Source: Yuukianura sp. NJ FZ-2021 (Eukaryota). From it: 64,000 nt of DNA. Below are positions 40,670 to 52,181 of this stretch, piece after piece (the first letter of the stretch is position 1; each line of letters starts with the position of its first letter). The DNA lies in contig CM102290.1 in assembly GCA_046563655.1 (NCBI GenBank), positions 13,268,001-13,332,000 on the forward strand, in the 5' to 3' direction. Both the position numbers and the translations under genes were made by a program. The notes under the pieces are model-generated. The model ran no database searches, was not told the DNA's origin, and was given only the letters and a program-made list of their open reading frames with translations.

Positions 40670-40842
40670 CCGTAAATTCTGGCTTATTGCACGCGGGTTA
40701 TCTATTGGGTTTCCGCTCAGATATAAATCAGAATTTTTTTTAGTCTTTCAATATTTTCGAATTCAAACTCTAGGAAACCGTTTCCTTAAAATATTTAGGT
40801 GTGGGGTCAAGATAAGTTCGGGTTATAAGCCAGAATTTATGG
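40670..40842. mobile_element. CCGTA-type MITE
   Basis: TA|CCGTAAATTCTGGCTTAT .. ATAAGCCAGAATTTATGG|TA. Confidence 0.75.
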
Positions 40843-43158
40843 TAATCTTATGATTTTTATTCATCAAAAACGCTAAAATATGTTTTTAAGCCGTTTGAGT
40901 CTTAACAATACAAAAAATTTCAGAAAGGAAAGAAAGTTAACTTAATTAGAACCTGAGATCAATTGATTTTGAAGTTTATTTTGAATGAGAGCAAAGCTGA
41001 TCTCTCGCTGATTTGTTACAAATCAAAAGTCAATGCCTCTCATGTACCGATACTCCCCGCTAGGGCGAAATTTGTTAATTTAGTTCATGTGTTAGCCTAA
41101 ATTACTATGTATGGTGAAAGATGCATCAGAACCCATTGTTTTTTAAAGTGTTCGCGCGCAATTAAAAAAATAATGAACTGAAACCTCCAAGGTTTGTATG
41201 ACTGTCAGATCAGGATGAAGATTCGGTGCAAAATTATTCAAACCGCAAGGCATCTTTTTTCTTTTTTGGCGCAAGGAGTTAAATTAGAGTGAAAAAAGAA
41301 AGAAAAACGTGCCTCTTTTGTTTACTGCACAAATTGGCGCTCTGATTCATCTTCTTTTATGTGAGCAGCAGCAGATGACCAAATAGAGTCTCAAATATTT
41401 AGAGTTGTGCGCCAGAGGCGCTAAAAACTAAAACTCCAATCACACACTACAGTTTTTAGAAAAGTTTTTAACAAAAAGCACCTAAGGAGAATAAAATGTT
41501 GCAAATGCAATGTAATTTTTGACGTCTTGAGAGCATTGACGTGACGTCCAGAGAGTCCGTTGTTCTCATAAGTCAGATTTTAAATTTGACGTGAAATTGG
41601 GACATTGGCTGACGGTTGAGGATGAAGCATTGTCACAACATTTACTTTTGGATCAACGTTGGTGAAAAGTGCGCCAAGAGCTTAACTTTCATCATCGTCT
41701 TTTCTTAAACGTCAAAGGCATTGATGGGAGATGAACGCTTTGCTTTGACTCAAGCGATGATTATGGATCTGTCAAAATCAGCGTCATCTTTTGCACACTA
41801 CGTGTCGATCAGAAGCGTCTGACAGCTTAGACCTCCCCAACATTTCGACACATTTAATTTCAGGTCGAGAGTCTTTTGAGTTCTAATTGCGCTCAACAAT
41901 TAAGTTTCATCTTTTTTTGTTTGAAGAAGGTCTTTGGGTTTCCTTCTGCTGCCAGTCAAAAGAAGCAACGTTGTTTCGAGTTTCTAAAAATTTTGTAACA
42001 TTTCAAAACTTTTTTTTGAAAATAATTACACCCACTTTCCAAAATGCAAATGCAAAAGTTATCAGGTCCGATGAGAGTGAAAATTTTTTACAATTAATTT
42101 TGAAAGTTTTAGATTACATCACGTGATTAGGTTTGATCCAATTTTTTTTTTCAGAGCTTCACAACTACAATTCAAAATGGAACTTCTAAGATTATGTCTT
42201 TCAAATTGTAGAAAGTAAAGGAAATTGAACTCTGATTGGATTTTTTTTAGTTCTGTCCTAAAGGTGTGACCCATTATTGGAAATCCATTTTGAAATTCTA
42301 AGAGAAAGTTTTGTACTATGAAGTTGGTCATGTCCACGTTCCAATGCTCAAAACTTTGCACGTCTTGTTACCATGAGAACGGCATGGAGGGGCCCTTTGA
42401 CTTACTTTTGACCGTGGATCGTTGTTGCCTTGGTGCTATCTGACTACGTGACCACTGGCCGGACCCACCCAGACAGTAAGTCAATTTTTGTGCTGCGTTA
42501 GAGTTCAAGTTTGCCTCAGCCGAGAGTAATTGAAGACATGGATGAGGGTTGAAAGCATAATTTAAACTTGAATTGCAAAGGATTCCATTCAGAAAACTTT
42601 AAATCTCCCTCACTCTTGGCTCTAATGGAGGAGAACGCTGTGCCAAAAGAAACTTAAAAAATAAAGTGGTCATGCAACTTTTGGTGGACTGTAATACTGT
42701 AATTGTTGTTTGGTGTGTCTTCCAAGGCACTTTTGAGAGATGTTTAGTGTTCATATGAATATGTGTTATTGGACTAGTGGGACACAATAGAGCCCAAAAT
42801 CCACACACACACACGTTTACATGAACTTTCATTCGACAGACAGAATTTGTATCCTCGAAGAAATCTTTTAGGTTTTAAAAGCATCAGAGGCTAAGCTCCT
42901 CAGATCAAAAGTTGTGCTTGAAAGCTTTTTCCAGTAAAAGCAATACAAGACTAACCTTCAAAATGTGTAACCTTGCCTTCCCAAAATAATATTTTGGTAA
43001 CAACCTTGTATGGAAGGAATGTTTCTAATTTTACTTTGAAATTGGGCACGAACCTTGAAATTTTTGTCTTTTCGTGAAATCCTTTTTCCACTCTGCATGG
43101 GTACTTTAAATTGAAAGCTCCAGTCTTGTAGTACGCAGAAAACACAAATTGAGAAATA

Positions 43159-43368
43159 CAGTAGAACCTCTCATTGTGCAACTTTGAGCTCCGCCTCTCC
43201 TGCCGGTGAGATACCGTAAACCTTAAATTTTAAAGTGATTTAGCTTGTAAACAAAACAAAACGCTGGTCGAATATCTCAGATGTATTAGAATTCGAAGCC
43301 GTACAGCGCCCGCGAAAACTCTTTTTCAAACCAAACAATCAGATGTTGCGCAATGAGAGGTTTTACTG
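43159..43368. mobile_element. CAGTA-family MITE
   Basis: TA|CAGTAGAACCTCTCATTGTGCAAC .. GTTGCGCAATGAGAGGTTTTACTG|TA. Confidence 0.85.
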
Positions 43369-45182
43369 TAGATTCCACAATATACTTCATCTTTAACAAA
43401 AATTTTTGAGAAAAAAATTGACATATTAAAATTATGAATTAAATCTGAAGCGAGGAGTAAATGAACCAGAAATAATCGGACATCAAGGCTTTTTTTCGTA
43501 TTTAAAATTTGAAAAAGTTTTTAGGTAAGAGGGATTTGGTTCATTTGCTATTTTTTGCACGTATACTCTGCAGTATAAATTGAGAAGCATTTCCAAGTCC
43601 CCCAGAGGTGTGGAGAGATCTGAATTAAAAGAGAAATTGGATTGAAGGAGGTGCCTAATGCTACGTTAATCGATGACTAGGATCCCATTGACAGAGCCAT
43701 GCGGGAATCCAGGAACGAACAATTCATGTTCCCCTTGGCACAAACTTCAACTGAAAGTAACAAAGTACTTTTGCCAATTGTCATTTCCATGCTTTTTGTT
43801 CATTTAGCACCCCAGAGCTACAGAAGATTTGGAATTGGACTTCAAAATAGAAAAATAACAATGAGAACTGGCTCAAGCCTTGGAGATGGGACTGACGACG
43901 ATGCTCTGAAATCAAGTGCAACAAGAACTATATGCTCCTGTTTCAACCAAGTTTAGCAGTTAATTAGTCACGACGTTTTGGCTTCCGAAGTACGAAAAGC
44001 CTTCGGGACTTCTGCAGCATATTTTTTCGGCATTTTACGCTAGTTACAAATTGCAACTTGCAGTTTTGCAAATTTTCTGCAAATTCTGCCCCACAAAGAG
44101 ATTTGTAGACGATGACACATCAAGGAAATCCAAACGGTCGCCTATTTCCAAATTTAGTTCGAATCCTGTCTGTCCTTGTACATTTTTGGTTGACGAATTT
44201 GATAAAATTTTCATTTTTTTTTAAATTTAATTTTCATTGAATACAAAAAATTTTTTAACTCACTCCTGCTCAAAGTTGCTTTACTAAAATGGAGTCTTGC
44301 GCCACTGCATCCGTCGTCGTCGACTTTGATTTGGTTCCGATTGGTCTTGACACGATTGAATTTCGTCATCAACCCCCCATATTTGTAGCAATTCGTCACA
44401 GTTTCAGTAGCAATTAATTGAAACCTTGAGTATGTAAGATTAATCTGTACGAGACAAAAATTACTAATAATGTGCACCAACAGTTTTAAAAAGTAAAACA
44501 TTTTGTTGCTGTTGAGCAGTCAAAACTTTTTATTTTTGCTGCAGAGCATAGTCAAAACCTTGTTTTTTTTCTGTTGAGCGGTCAAAAGTTTTTGATGTTC
44601 AAAATTATTTGAATTCCATGTCAAAATAATAAATAGCCATGCAACGTTACTCATTTTTTGCTTAGTTGTAACAAACATTTTGTTGTACATTGACCATAAC
44701 AAAGTCCCATTCACAACATGTAGCTAAACAAATTTGACAAGTGTGACATCCTCCGTAATTTATTAGTCTTCATTTCCGTATGACATCAGACTCTTATTAG
44801 CCAAAATTCCTTAGATTATGATTAAATCTTAATTGTAAATCGTATTAAAACGTCAATCGTTGGGCATTGGAAGTTGCAATGCCCAACTACGTGTACAAAA
44901 GTGACCAATGAAAGGAAACTTGAAGTGAGAGTTGGTCAATTACTAAATGATTGAACCTTAGGATTACACTGTTAGATTGTATTTCGCTAACAACTGATCA
45001 CCCCTCTAATCAATTTGGGTATCAACTGTCTGTCACCAGCAAATGATCTATGCCTGTTAATTACTAAAAGCAAAGCGACAGGGCGTCAGTGCAAACATTC
45101 AGTCTACTGTCACCATCGCCGCGCAGCTTTTAACATTTTATCAGTCGTTTTCAACACTGCCAACCTTATTTTTGATTTTTTA

Positions 45183-45396
45183 CAGTACACCCTCTCAAAT
45201 GGAAACAATTTTTTGTATTCTTGATGGAATGCCGTAAAGAAAAAAGTTTTTGGCGGGAACTCTGCTTTAACCAAATCGACTACTTCACGCTTAAGCGTTG
45301 TCCAAAACGTTTAACATGCCAATAATAAGAAAGTTTACGGTAGGTCTCAATCAAACCAACCAATCACAGTGAGTTGCAATATAAGGAGATTTACTG
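45183..45396. mobile_element. CAGTA-family MITE, degenerate
   Basis: TA|CAGTACACCCTCTCAAATGGAAAC .. GGAGATTTACTG|TA; body resembles 16575. Confidence 0.6.
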
Positions 45397-45479
45397 TACT
45401 TAAGCTACTGTAGATCCACTCACTGTTTTGAAACAGGCACATGCGATGTAGGTGCTTTTTTTAGGAACAAGCAGATCAA

Positions 45480-45789
45480 TAAGGTTCGTAAACAAGAAAA
45501 TAGTTTTTTCTTTAACAGGTTAGGCAATAAGTCGGTTTTTTTTGTATTGTTTTCCTCCCAAAATTTCAAAAAATGAAAAACATCACGGCAGCTCTCGTTT
45601 TCTTGGTGATTTTTAGCTTTGATGCATATAGTTTTATATAGATTGCTGCAAATTTTTAACTCAAATAAACTGATCAGCATGTTCAGAGTAAAATCAGAGT
45701 AAAAAAATGTTTGCAGCGACATTTTTGGAAAATGAGACTTATTGCCTAACCTGTTAAAGAAAAACTATTTTGTTGTAAAAGAAACTTTG
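45480..45789. mobile_element. P-like CAAGG MITE, reverse orientation, degenerate ends
   Basis: TAAGGTTCGTAAACAAG .. AAACTTTG; sub-terminal IR TTTTTCTTTAACAGGTTAGGCAATAAGTC / GACTTATTGCCTAACCTGTTAAAGAAAAA. Confidence 0.7.
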
Positions 45790-46765
45790 GAGCAGATTTA
45801 ACAGTTGATTGAGGAAGGCAAAAGTAATCGACTGCGTAGAAGCTTGCTGTAGAGTCATTAGGTGTTAAAATGAGAATAATTTGACAGTAGGCAGAGGTGA
45901 CGATAGTACTTAAGCATTACCAAGGTGTAAAAAAATGCAAGTACCCCCGTGTCAAAATATTTTTTTTAAATTGCAACTTTTTTTCGCTCCGTGTTGCCGC
46001 ACTCAAATTCCTTATTTACTACGCTTCCTCCATTGAACAGGAAAAAAATAAGAAAGTTGGCTGTATCGACTAGATGAAGTGGATTTCCAAAATAATTAAA
46101 TGCACAAAATGAATGTACAGCCTATGCCTAATTCTACTTTTGCACCACCTCTGACCAAAGGTCATCCTAACTAACAACTCTCCAAATTAAATTATCGTTT
46201 CAAGTGAAAGTGGTTGGTCACCAACGCAGTAACGCCTAATTTCTTAATTTCTAAAAACAAGGGAAGTCCATCATCCAAATTGAGCCGGTTCACGCGCATG
46301 CCTCTTCTTACAGTACTTGTTTAACTACAGCATTTAGTTAGCTCAAGGCTTGTTTACAAACTTACAAACCAAAATGCAAAATACAAACATGCAAAAAAAC
46401 AGCTTCGTGGACACATTCTGAAGGAAATTTCACTTTTTAAATAAAATTTTAATAATATGAATATGAAGATGAGAAAAGTTGTTAAGTTGAACAACTTTGG
46501 GAGCTGAATACTTGAAGACTTTGGACATGCAATAGAGGGACTTGCGGAAGCTTTACAGTTTAAGTAAGTTACTTTTAATACAATGAAAATTTAGTTTTTA
46601 AAGATGAAAAAGTTCATGTCAAAAGGCATTTTGTTTCCTCAACGTGTGGATTAAAGTTTAATTGAACTTTATGCCTCATCTTTTCATCCAACTCAATTGT
46701 TTTCTTAAATCTAACAGTTTCCCTTTCTATTGTTTACTTACGTTATACTCACCATAAAGTGTTTA

Positions 46766-46912
46766 CCGTAAAACTGCTAATAAACGCCCGGGCGTATTTC
46801 CAAAATCTCAACTTTTGCTCCCGGGTTTTTATTTCTAAGCTGGGTTGAATTTTCCGGTATTTGATGCAAGCGTGCTGGGTTTAGAGACTGGAGCTTATTA
46901 GAAGTTTTACGG
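46766..46912. mobile_element. CCGTA-type MITE
   Basis: TA|CCGTAAAACTGCTAATAA .. TTATTAGAAGTTTTACGG|TA. Confidence 0.75.
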
Positions 46913-47717
46913 TAGTGTAAAATGTAAATTTGGTGGGACAATTGAAACTTTAAGTTCATAAATAATGTATTAGAAAAGGAGTATTAGCTTAGAGGAAAGC
47001 AGCTTCCTTTAGTAATACCGTTGGCTTCAAATGTGCTAATTTTGAGGCGAGGTTTAAATTTAAATGATTTCAAGACGACGGAACTTAACTAACTTCCGTT
47101 GTTTCTCAAATTACCAAGTTTATTCAAAATGGTGGACATTGGGAAGGGCCACCTTGTCATAATTCTTGTCAACGTCTTGGGTATCTCCACATGTCGTGAC
47201 AGGTTTCTTCAATGAAACGACATATGTACAGGATGTTTCAAAAGTTTCAGCGCTGAAACATCGTTTGAATAAAACATGGTTCATCAACTGTGTTTGAACA
47301 AAGTTGAAAATACTGGGGTGGCGAAGTTCACTATGAAAAACAGTTCCAAGAATAGACTTGAGTCAGAAGTCTTGGGTAAAAAGTGAATCAATGGAATTCT
47401 GTGCAGGAAGATGTGGTCATCAGACGGGAAAATCAAAATCACATTTGTCATGCCAAATTATTAGTCTTGTCAGGACAAACTTTACTGTCTGAGACTCAAT
47501 GGACCGTGAAAGGCGGCAGCGTATGTCCTCCATATCAAACAAAGTCGTGCTTAGTGGACATAGCGGCGGCACAGACAGCTTTGACAAAAAATTGTTTAAA
47601 ATGTCTCAAGCAAACATTTGTAATAAAAATGTGTTAACTGTTAACATGAAAAATGCGATTTCAGAATCAATGTCGAAGAAAGTTTTGCTCAACATGTAGG
47701 ACCGAAATGAACAAATA

Positions 47718-47850
47718 TTTTTTAAGAAGCAAATGCTACTTTATGCATCGAGGTTGTCTGTCTGTCTGCATGTCTGCCTGTTTGTATTTCTTTCTGTCTG
47801 TAATTTTTTCTGTCTGTCTCCATGTCTGCGTGTATGTCTGTCTGTCTGTC

Positions 47851-47885
<35 letters not shown>

Positions 47886-48030
47886 CTGTATATGTGTGTG
47901 TTTGTCTGTTTGGCCCTAAAACAATCACTTTTGAACTGTCTCCTTTTGTATATTTTAATATACGGTGACCCCGTCGCCTATAGCTTTCCACAGTGTAGTA
48001 GGTCAAAGGTCAACGGTTCATTCGCTACTT
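47718..48030 (+). mobile_element. DINE-1/HINE-like element with expanded (GTCT)n microsatellite (47755-47910)
   Basis: T-run, then AAGAAGC-AAAT-GCTACTT hairpin and a long GTCT/GTCC array; GCTACTT recurs near 48024. 3' boundary approximate. Confidence 0.55.
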
Positions 48031-50199
48031 ATGTACAATCCTTTTTACAACCGTGTTTCTTCAGTATATTCAGAATTAGTAAGAATTCAGAAGCCTTGTT
48101 TGTGTAAATGTACAGACAGATCAAGTTTCGTATGAAAATAAATGATGATGATTTGTTGATGACAAACGTTTTGTTGAATTTGGGTTAGGCTGAGTGTCCT
48201 ATAATTAGACATTGGTTTGGAAGACACTGTGGGAACAAAGAAGGTTATTTCAAGATGGAGTAACCTACAAACACAAGAGGCTTCCAAGCCCAACGTCCAA
48301 GAAGTCTCCCATGTCCAAAGTGTCAATGACACTTTGTCATCTTCACAACATCAATCAAAGGCCTAAACAAGGAGGGCCTTAAGTGTCCACTCCTGTGTCC
48401 TCTAATTCCTTCCGTGGACTTTCTCTGGCTCAGCGGCGCATGAACACAAGATCAGTTCTAAAAAACAACACTCAGAGCCAAATCCCATTTTGTTTTTCAA
48501 ACAAAGTGGAAGGGAATGCTGGGGTTTGTGGAGCCTGTTCATTAGCTGTACTTAGCGAGCACATTCATTCCTGGCAGAAAACAAAGTCATTCTCAATCTC
48601 TGAATGAAGATTCGTATTTGAACATGTCTGTAAATCTGAGTTTAGAAATTAAGGTTAATTAAGTTAGAGTTAAAAGTCTATTGAAATGCTACTTCTGTTA
48701 TATGAGTAGTACAACAATGAAGAATGAGGTGCAGAGTTGTTAAAGCTGGGATTCCATTTTGACACTCCCTGGGACTCGCATGAATTTGAATTGGCGTCAA
48801 AATTTTAAAAACATTTCACGACCATCTTCAAATTCATCGAACTTCACCTTCAACCGAAGATCAAACTTGAGAGTTAAAACTAAAAATAGAATTCAATTCA
48901 AAAGAATAAAGTAGGAGTGGAGTACGAGTCCTTTTGAATTTTAATTGAACACAATTATCATCCTGAGCGACAAAAGATGAAATTTATTTGTTCACATAAT
49001 GTACATTTGTGTTCAATTATTTTAAGTTCTTGGGTGCTACTTAATTACACCCTTTCAAAACAAACGCCAAAGTGAAAGTCAACTTTTACTCATACTGTAC
49101 ATTCCAGTTTTGAAGTTTACACCAAAGTGTTTTTCTGCATATAGTGTCTAAAATTTTTGTTGAACGGATTGGAAACTAATGAGATAATTTAGAATAAAAA
49201 TTTTCTAAAAAGTTGAAGTTTAGTTAGATTTTCAAAATTTGAGGAACAATTGCATTGTAAAAATGGATTTTGAGGAGACTAATGTTGGTTTCACGTTGTT
49301 TTGCCTGAGGATAGAGGTAACCTTACATGATTTTTCATTAATAAATTTTAGCCACCTACTGTACAACAAATCAGCAGTGCATAGCCACCTAGCGGCAGTT
49401 GAAGAAAACTTGAATCCAAGAAGTCGCCAACTACTGTCGCTTTTGAACTTTGTTTTGCATATTTGGCAGAAGATGAAGTCTAAGGAATGTCATCTTCATC
49501 AAGGATTTGAAGATTAGGCAGAGGTGAGTTCGGTAGTTGATGTTTCAAATTAAACAGGTTCATTCAAAAGGTGTAAAGTTGTGTTAATACCAAAAAGTAT
49601 ACCGAACAATCTCCGAAGTTACAAAATCCACAAATCCCCTACTTCATCTTTATACAAATTCTCAAAAACTTTCTCAAAAGAATTTTGTTTTTTTTCTTGT
49701 TAAAATGCAAACCTGTTGCAAGAAACAAAACGACTTTTTAGTTGGTCAACTTAGGAATTAATCATAACTACATAGGAAAAGATACAAAACCTTTAGCTTG
49801 AAGGGTTAGGGAAAACAAGGAAGAGAGAACAATAGTTTAAATTTTTTCATAATAAAATCATAACTTTAAATCATTTTCTCAATTTTTATGTCAAGTTGAC
49901 TGAAACAATTTAACAATTTGTTTTTGAAAATGTGTGCTTTTCACAATTTCTCATCTGCGAAGTACAATAGCTTTTATTGGGATTGCAAAGCTCTTTTTAA
50001 TTCGAAAATGAGATTTTTGTTAATCAGGATTAACAGAAAAATTGTTAATGCTTCGTTAGTTGTTGAATTTTCACGTACAAGCTTAAGTTCAATATTTGCG
50101 CAATCTCTGGAATTTTGAACAGGATTTTAAAAAAGGGAAAGTTAGGCTATGCTTTCTCCTTGAACCGATTGAGGCCAAGAGTTGAATTGCTAAGGAATA

Positions 50200-50675
50200 C
50201 AGTAAAACCTCTTATTGTGGAACACGTTTCATCCTAACCTAACCTTTTCTTCTCCGTATCCGTGACAACGGTGTACCGTAAAACTCATATTTTGTGTGAT
50301 AAACCAAGCCTAAACTTGTGTAAAATTGAATTGCTGGGTTGAGCGCCAGTACACTTAATAAGAAACTTTACAGTAACAACGTAACTTTACGGTAACAATA
50401 AAGGTTAACTACGGAAACGTCGTTGCGCTATGAGGGGTTTTACTGTATTTGGACCATTGAGAGTAACGCTGCCGGTTCAGAGAGAGTTGAGGTGCAGATT
50501 TAGAAACTTTACGGTAACAACCGAAGAATTTCTCTTGTTGCCGTATGAGAGGTTTTACTGTATTTGGAACATTGGAACCAGCTTTCTCGCTTCAGAGCGA
50601 GTTGCGATGCAGAGTTAGAAACTTTACGGTAAGAACCGAAGAATTTCTGTTGTTGCGATATGAGGGATTTTACTG
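50200..50675. mobile_element. CAGTA-family MITE (50200-50445) followed by two 115-bp tandem units, each ending in the right TIR
   Basis: TIR-like GAG(G/A)GG(T/A)TTTTACTG|TA ends at 50445, 50560 and 50675. Confidence 0.7.
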
Positions 50676-51402
50676 TATTCGGAACATTAATCTGCCGGTT
50701 CAGAGGGAGGTGAAGACTATGTATTTTTTGGAATGGTTGGAATTCATGTTGGTGGGTTGAAGAGGGAGTGCTGGGCAGGTGGAAAGTAGAATAGCTCGGA
50801 GGAATTTGATCTTGTGATTGTTGAACAGGTAAGGAGGCCTCCCCATGCCAACGGAACCCTCTGCCTCCCCATCATCAGTACTTCTTCTTCCCTCGTCCCT
50901 GACACTTCAACTTCCGCAACCACTCAAACTTCAAGTCTCACCAAAAACCGTGCCCCAGTTTACGTCAGCGACTCAACTACGGTGTCCAGGAAGTGGCTGG
51001 AGTGACTGGAGCAGCGGAGTGCCCACCGTCCAGGTCAAGGTTCCAGGTATGTCGTGTCACAAGTTCAAAGTTTAGAATTTAAAGAGAACGAGGGAGTGGT
51101 GGAGAGAGGCTGTTCAATGGCTGACCAAGGGGATGAAATTGCAACCCTCCTTCATCCCCCACCCCTCCTCTCCTTGTACTCTCCCTGGACTTCCTCCTTC
51201 GGTTTGGCCTCACTTGACGTCGTTCGGAGTTCACACAAAACAGTCAAATTCAAATCTCTGTGGCCTCTTACCTTAACTACTTTGCAAGGATTTGGTAAAA
51301 ATCAGAGATCAAGTGATGCCCACAATACCAACTTTTCATGATCCTGTGAAATTATTTAATACAAAAATTGCCGGTAACGTCAATGATTTGGGACGGGATG
51401 AG

Positions 51403-51586
51403 CAGAGATGTCAAAAATATTTAGTCTCCATCCCCGTAAAGTTAATAAAAAAAATATTTGAGGGTTTTTTGTTACTAAATATTTATTTATTTGTCCATGC
51501 CCTTAATGTCAAATAAGTAAATATTTTGGGTGATTTTGTAAAAACATTTTTTGTCCATACTTTAGCACATATTTTTGACAACCCTG
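51403..51586. mobile_element. hAT-like MITE (same family as 33515 and 28384)
   Basis: CAGAGATGTCAAAAATAT / ATATTTTTGACAACCCTG; TSD not evident. Confidence 0.7.
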
Positions 51587-52181
51587 TCACTTGGAGTTCA
51601 AGAATTTAAAAATTACAAAATTACTGCATTGAAAAAAAATTACCACAAATTACTAAAAATGGCACCCATTAAACTATGAAAAATCACTTTAAAAAATTTG
51701 TTTTATGTTGAAGGGAGTAACGACTCTAAAATTTTTCGACCCCTCAAACTAGCATATCCGCATTATTAAACAGACATGAATGAATTGTCTATTAATTATG
51801 AAATTAATGTCGCACAAGGGGATGAAAAATCAAAAACTGAGTTATTGCGCCCCATTTACATCAATTATTATTATTAATTACTCACAAAAAAAAACTTGCT
51901 TGGTGGCATTTTCTATGAAAATTGGTTAATTGTATCAATCAAGCACATCCTCTTGATTTATGGGATCAAGTTTAAGTATTTGCAGAGTAAGGTCAACCTC
52001 ACACTGAGGTCAAACTTGGTAGGGGCTAAACCAACATAGGGTGTGGCACCAGTATCATACAAATCTGAAATTGCAGAACAGGAAAAAACATTTTCACGAA
52101 AAAAATTTACTTCAATTTTAACTTTTTATTAAACTGTAATATATTTTCAGGAATTTATTGGATCCGGGTGAAAAATTCAGG

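Noticed and set aside
47653..48107. Cys/Ser/Val-rich and DRQT ORFs
   Set aside because: Produced by the (GTCT)n microsatellite.
51054..51341. Upstream coding exon for gene C
   Set aside because: The candidate donor at ~51294 joined to acceptor 52150 is out of frame with the PTB ORF; more likely UTR or promoter.
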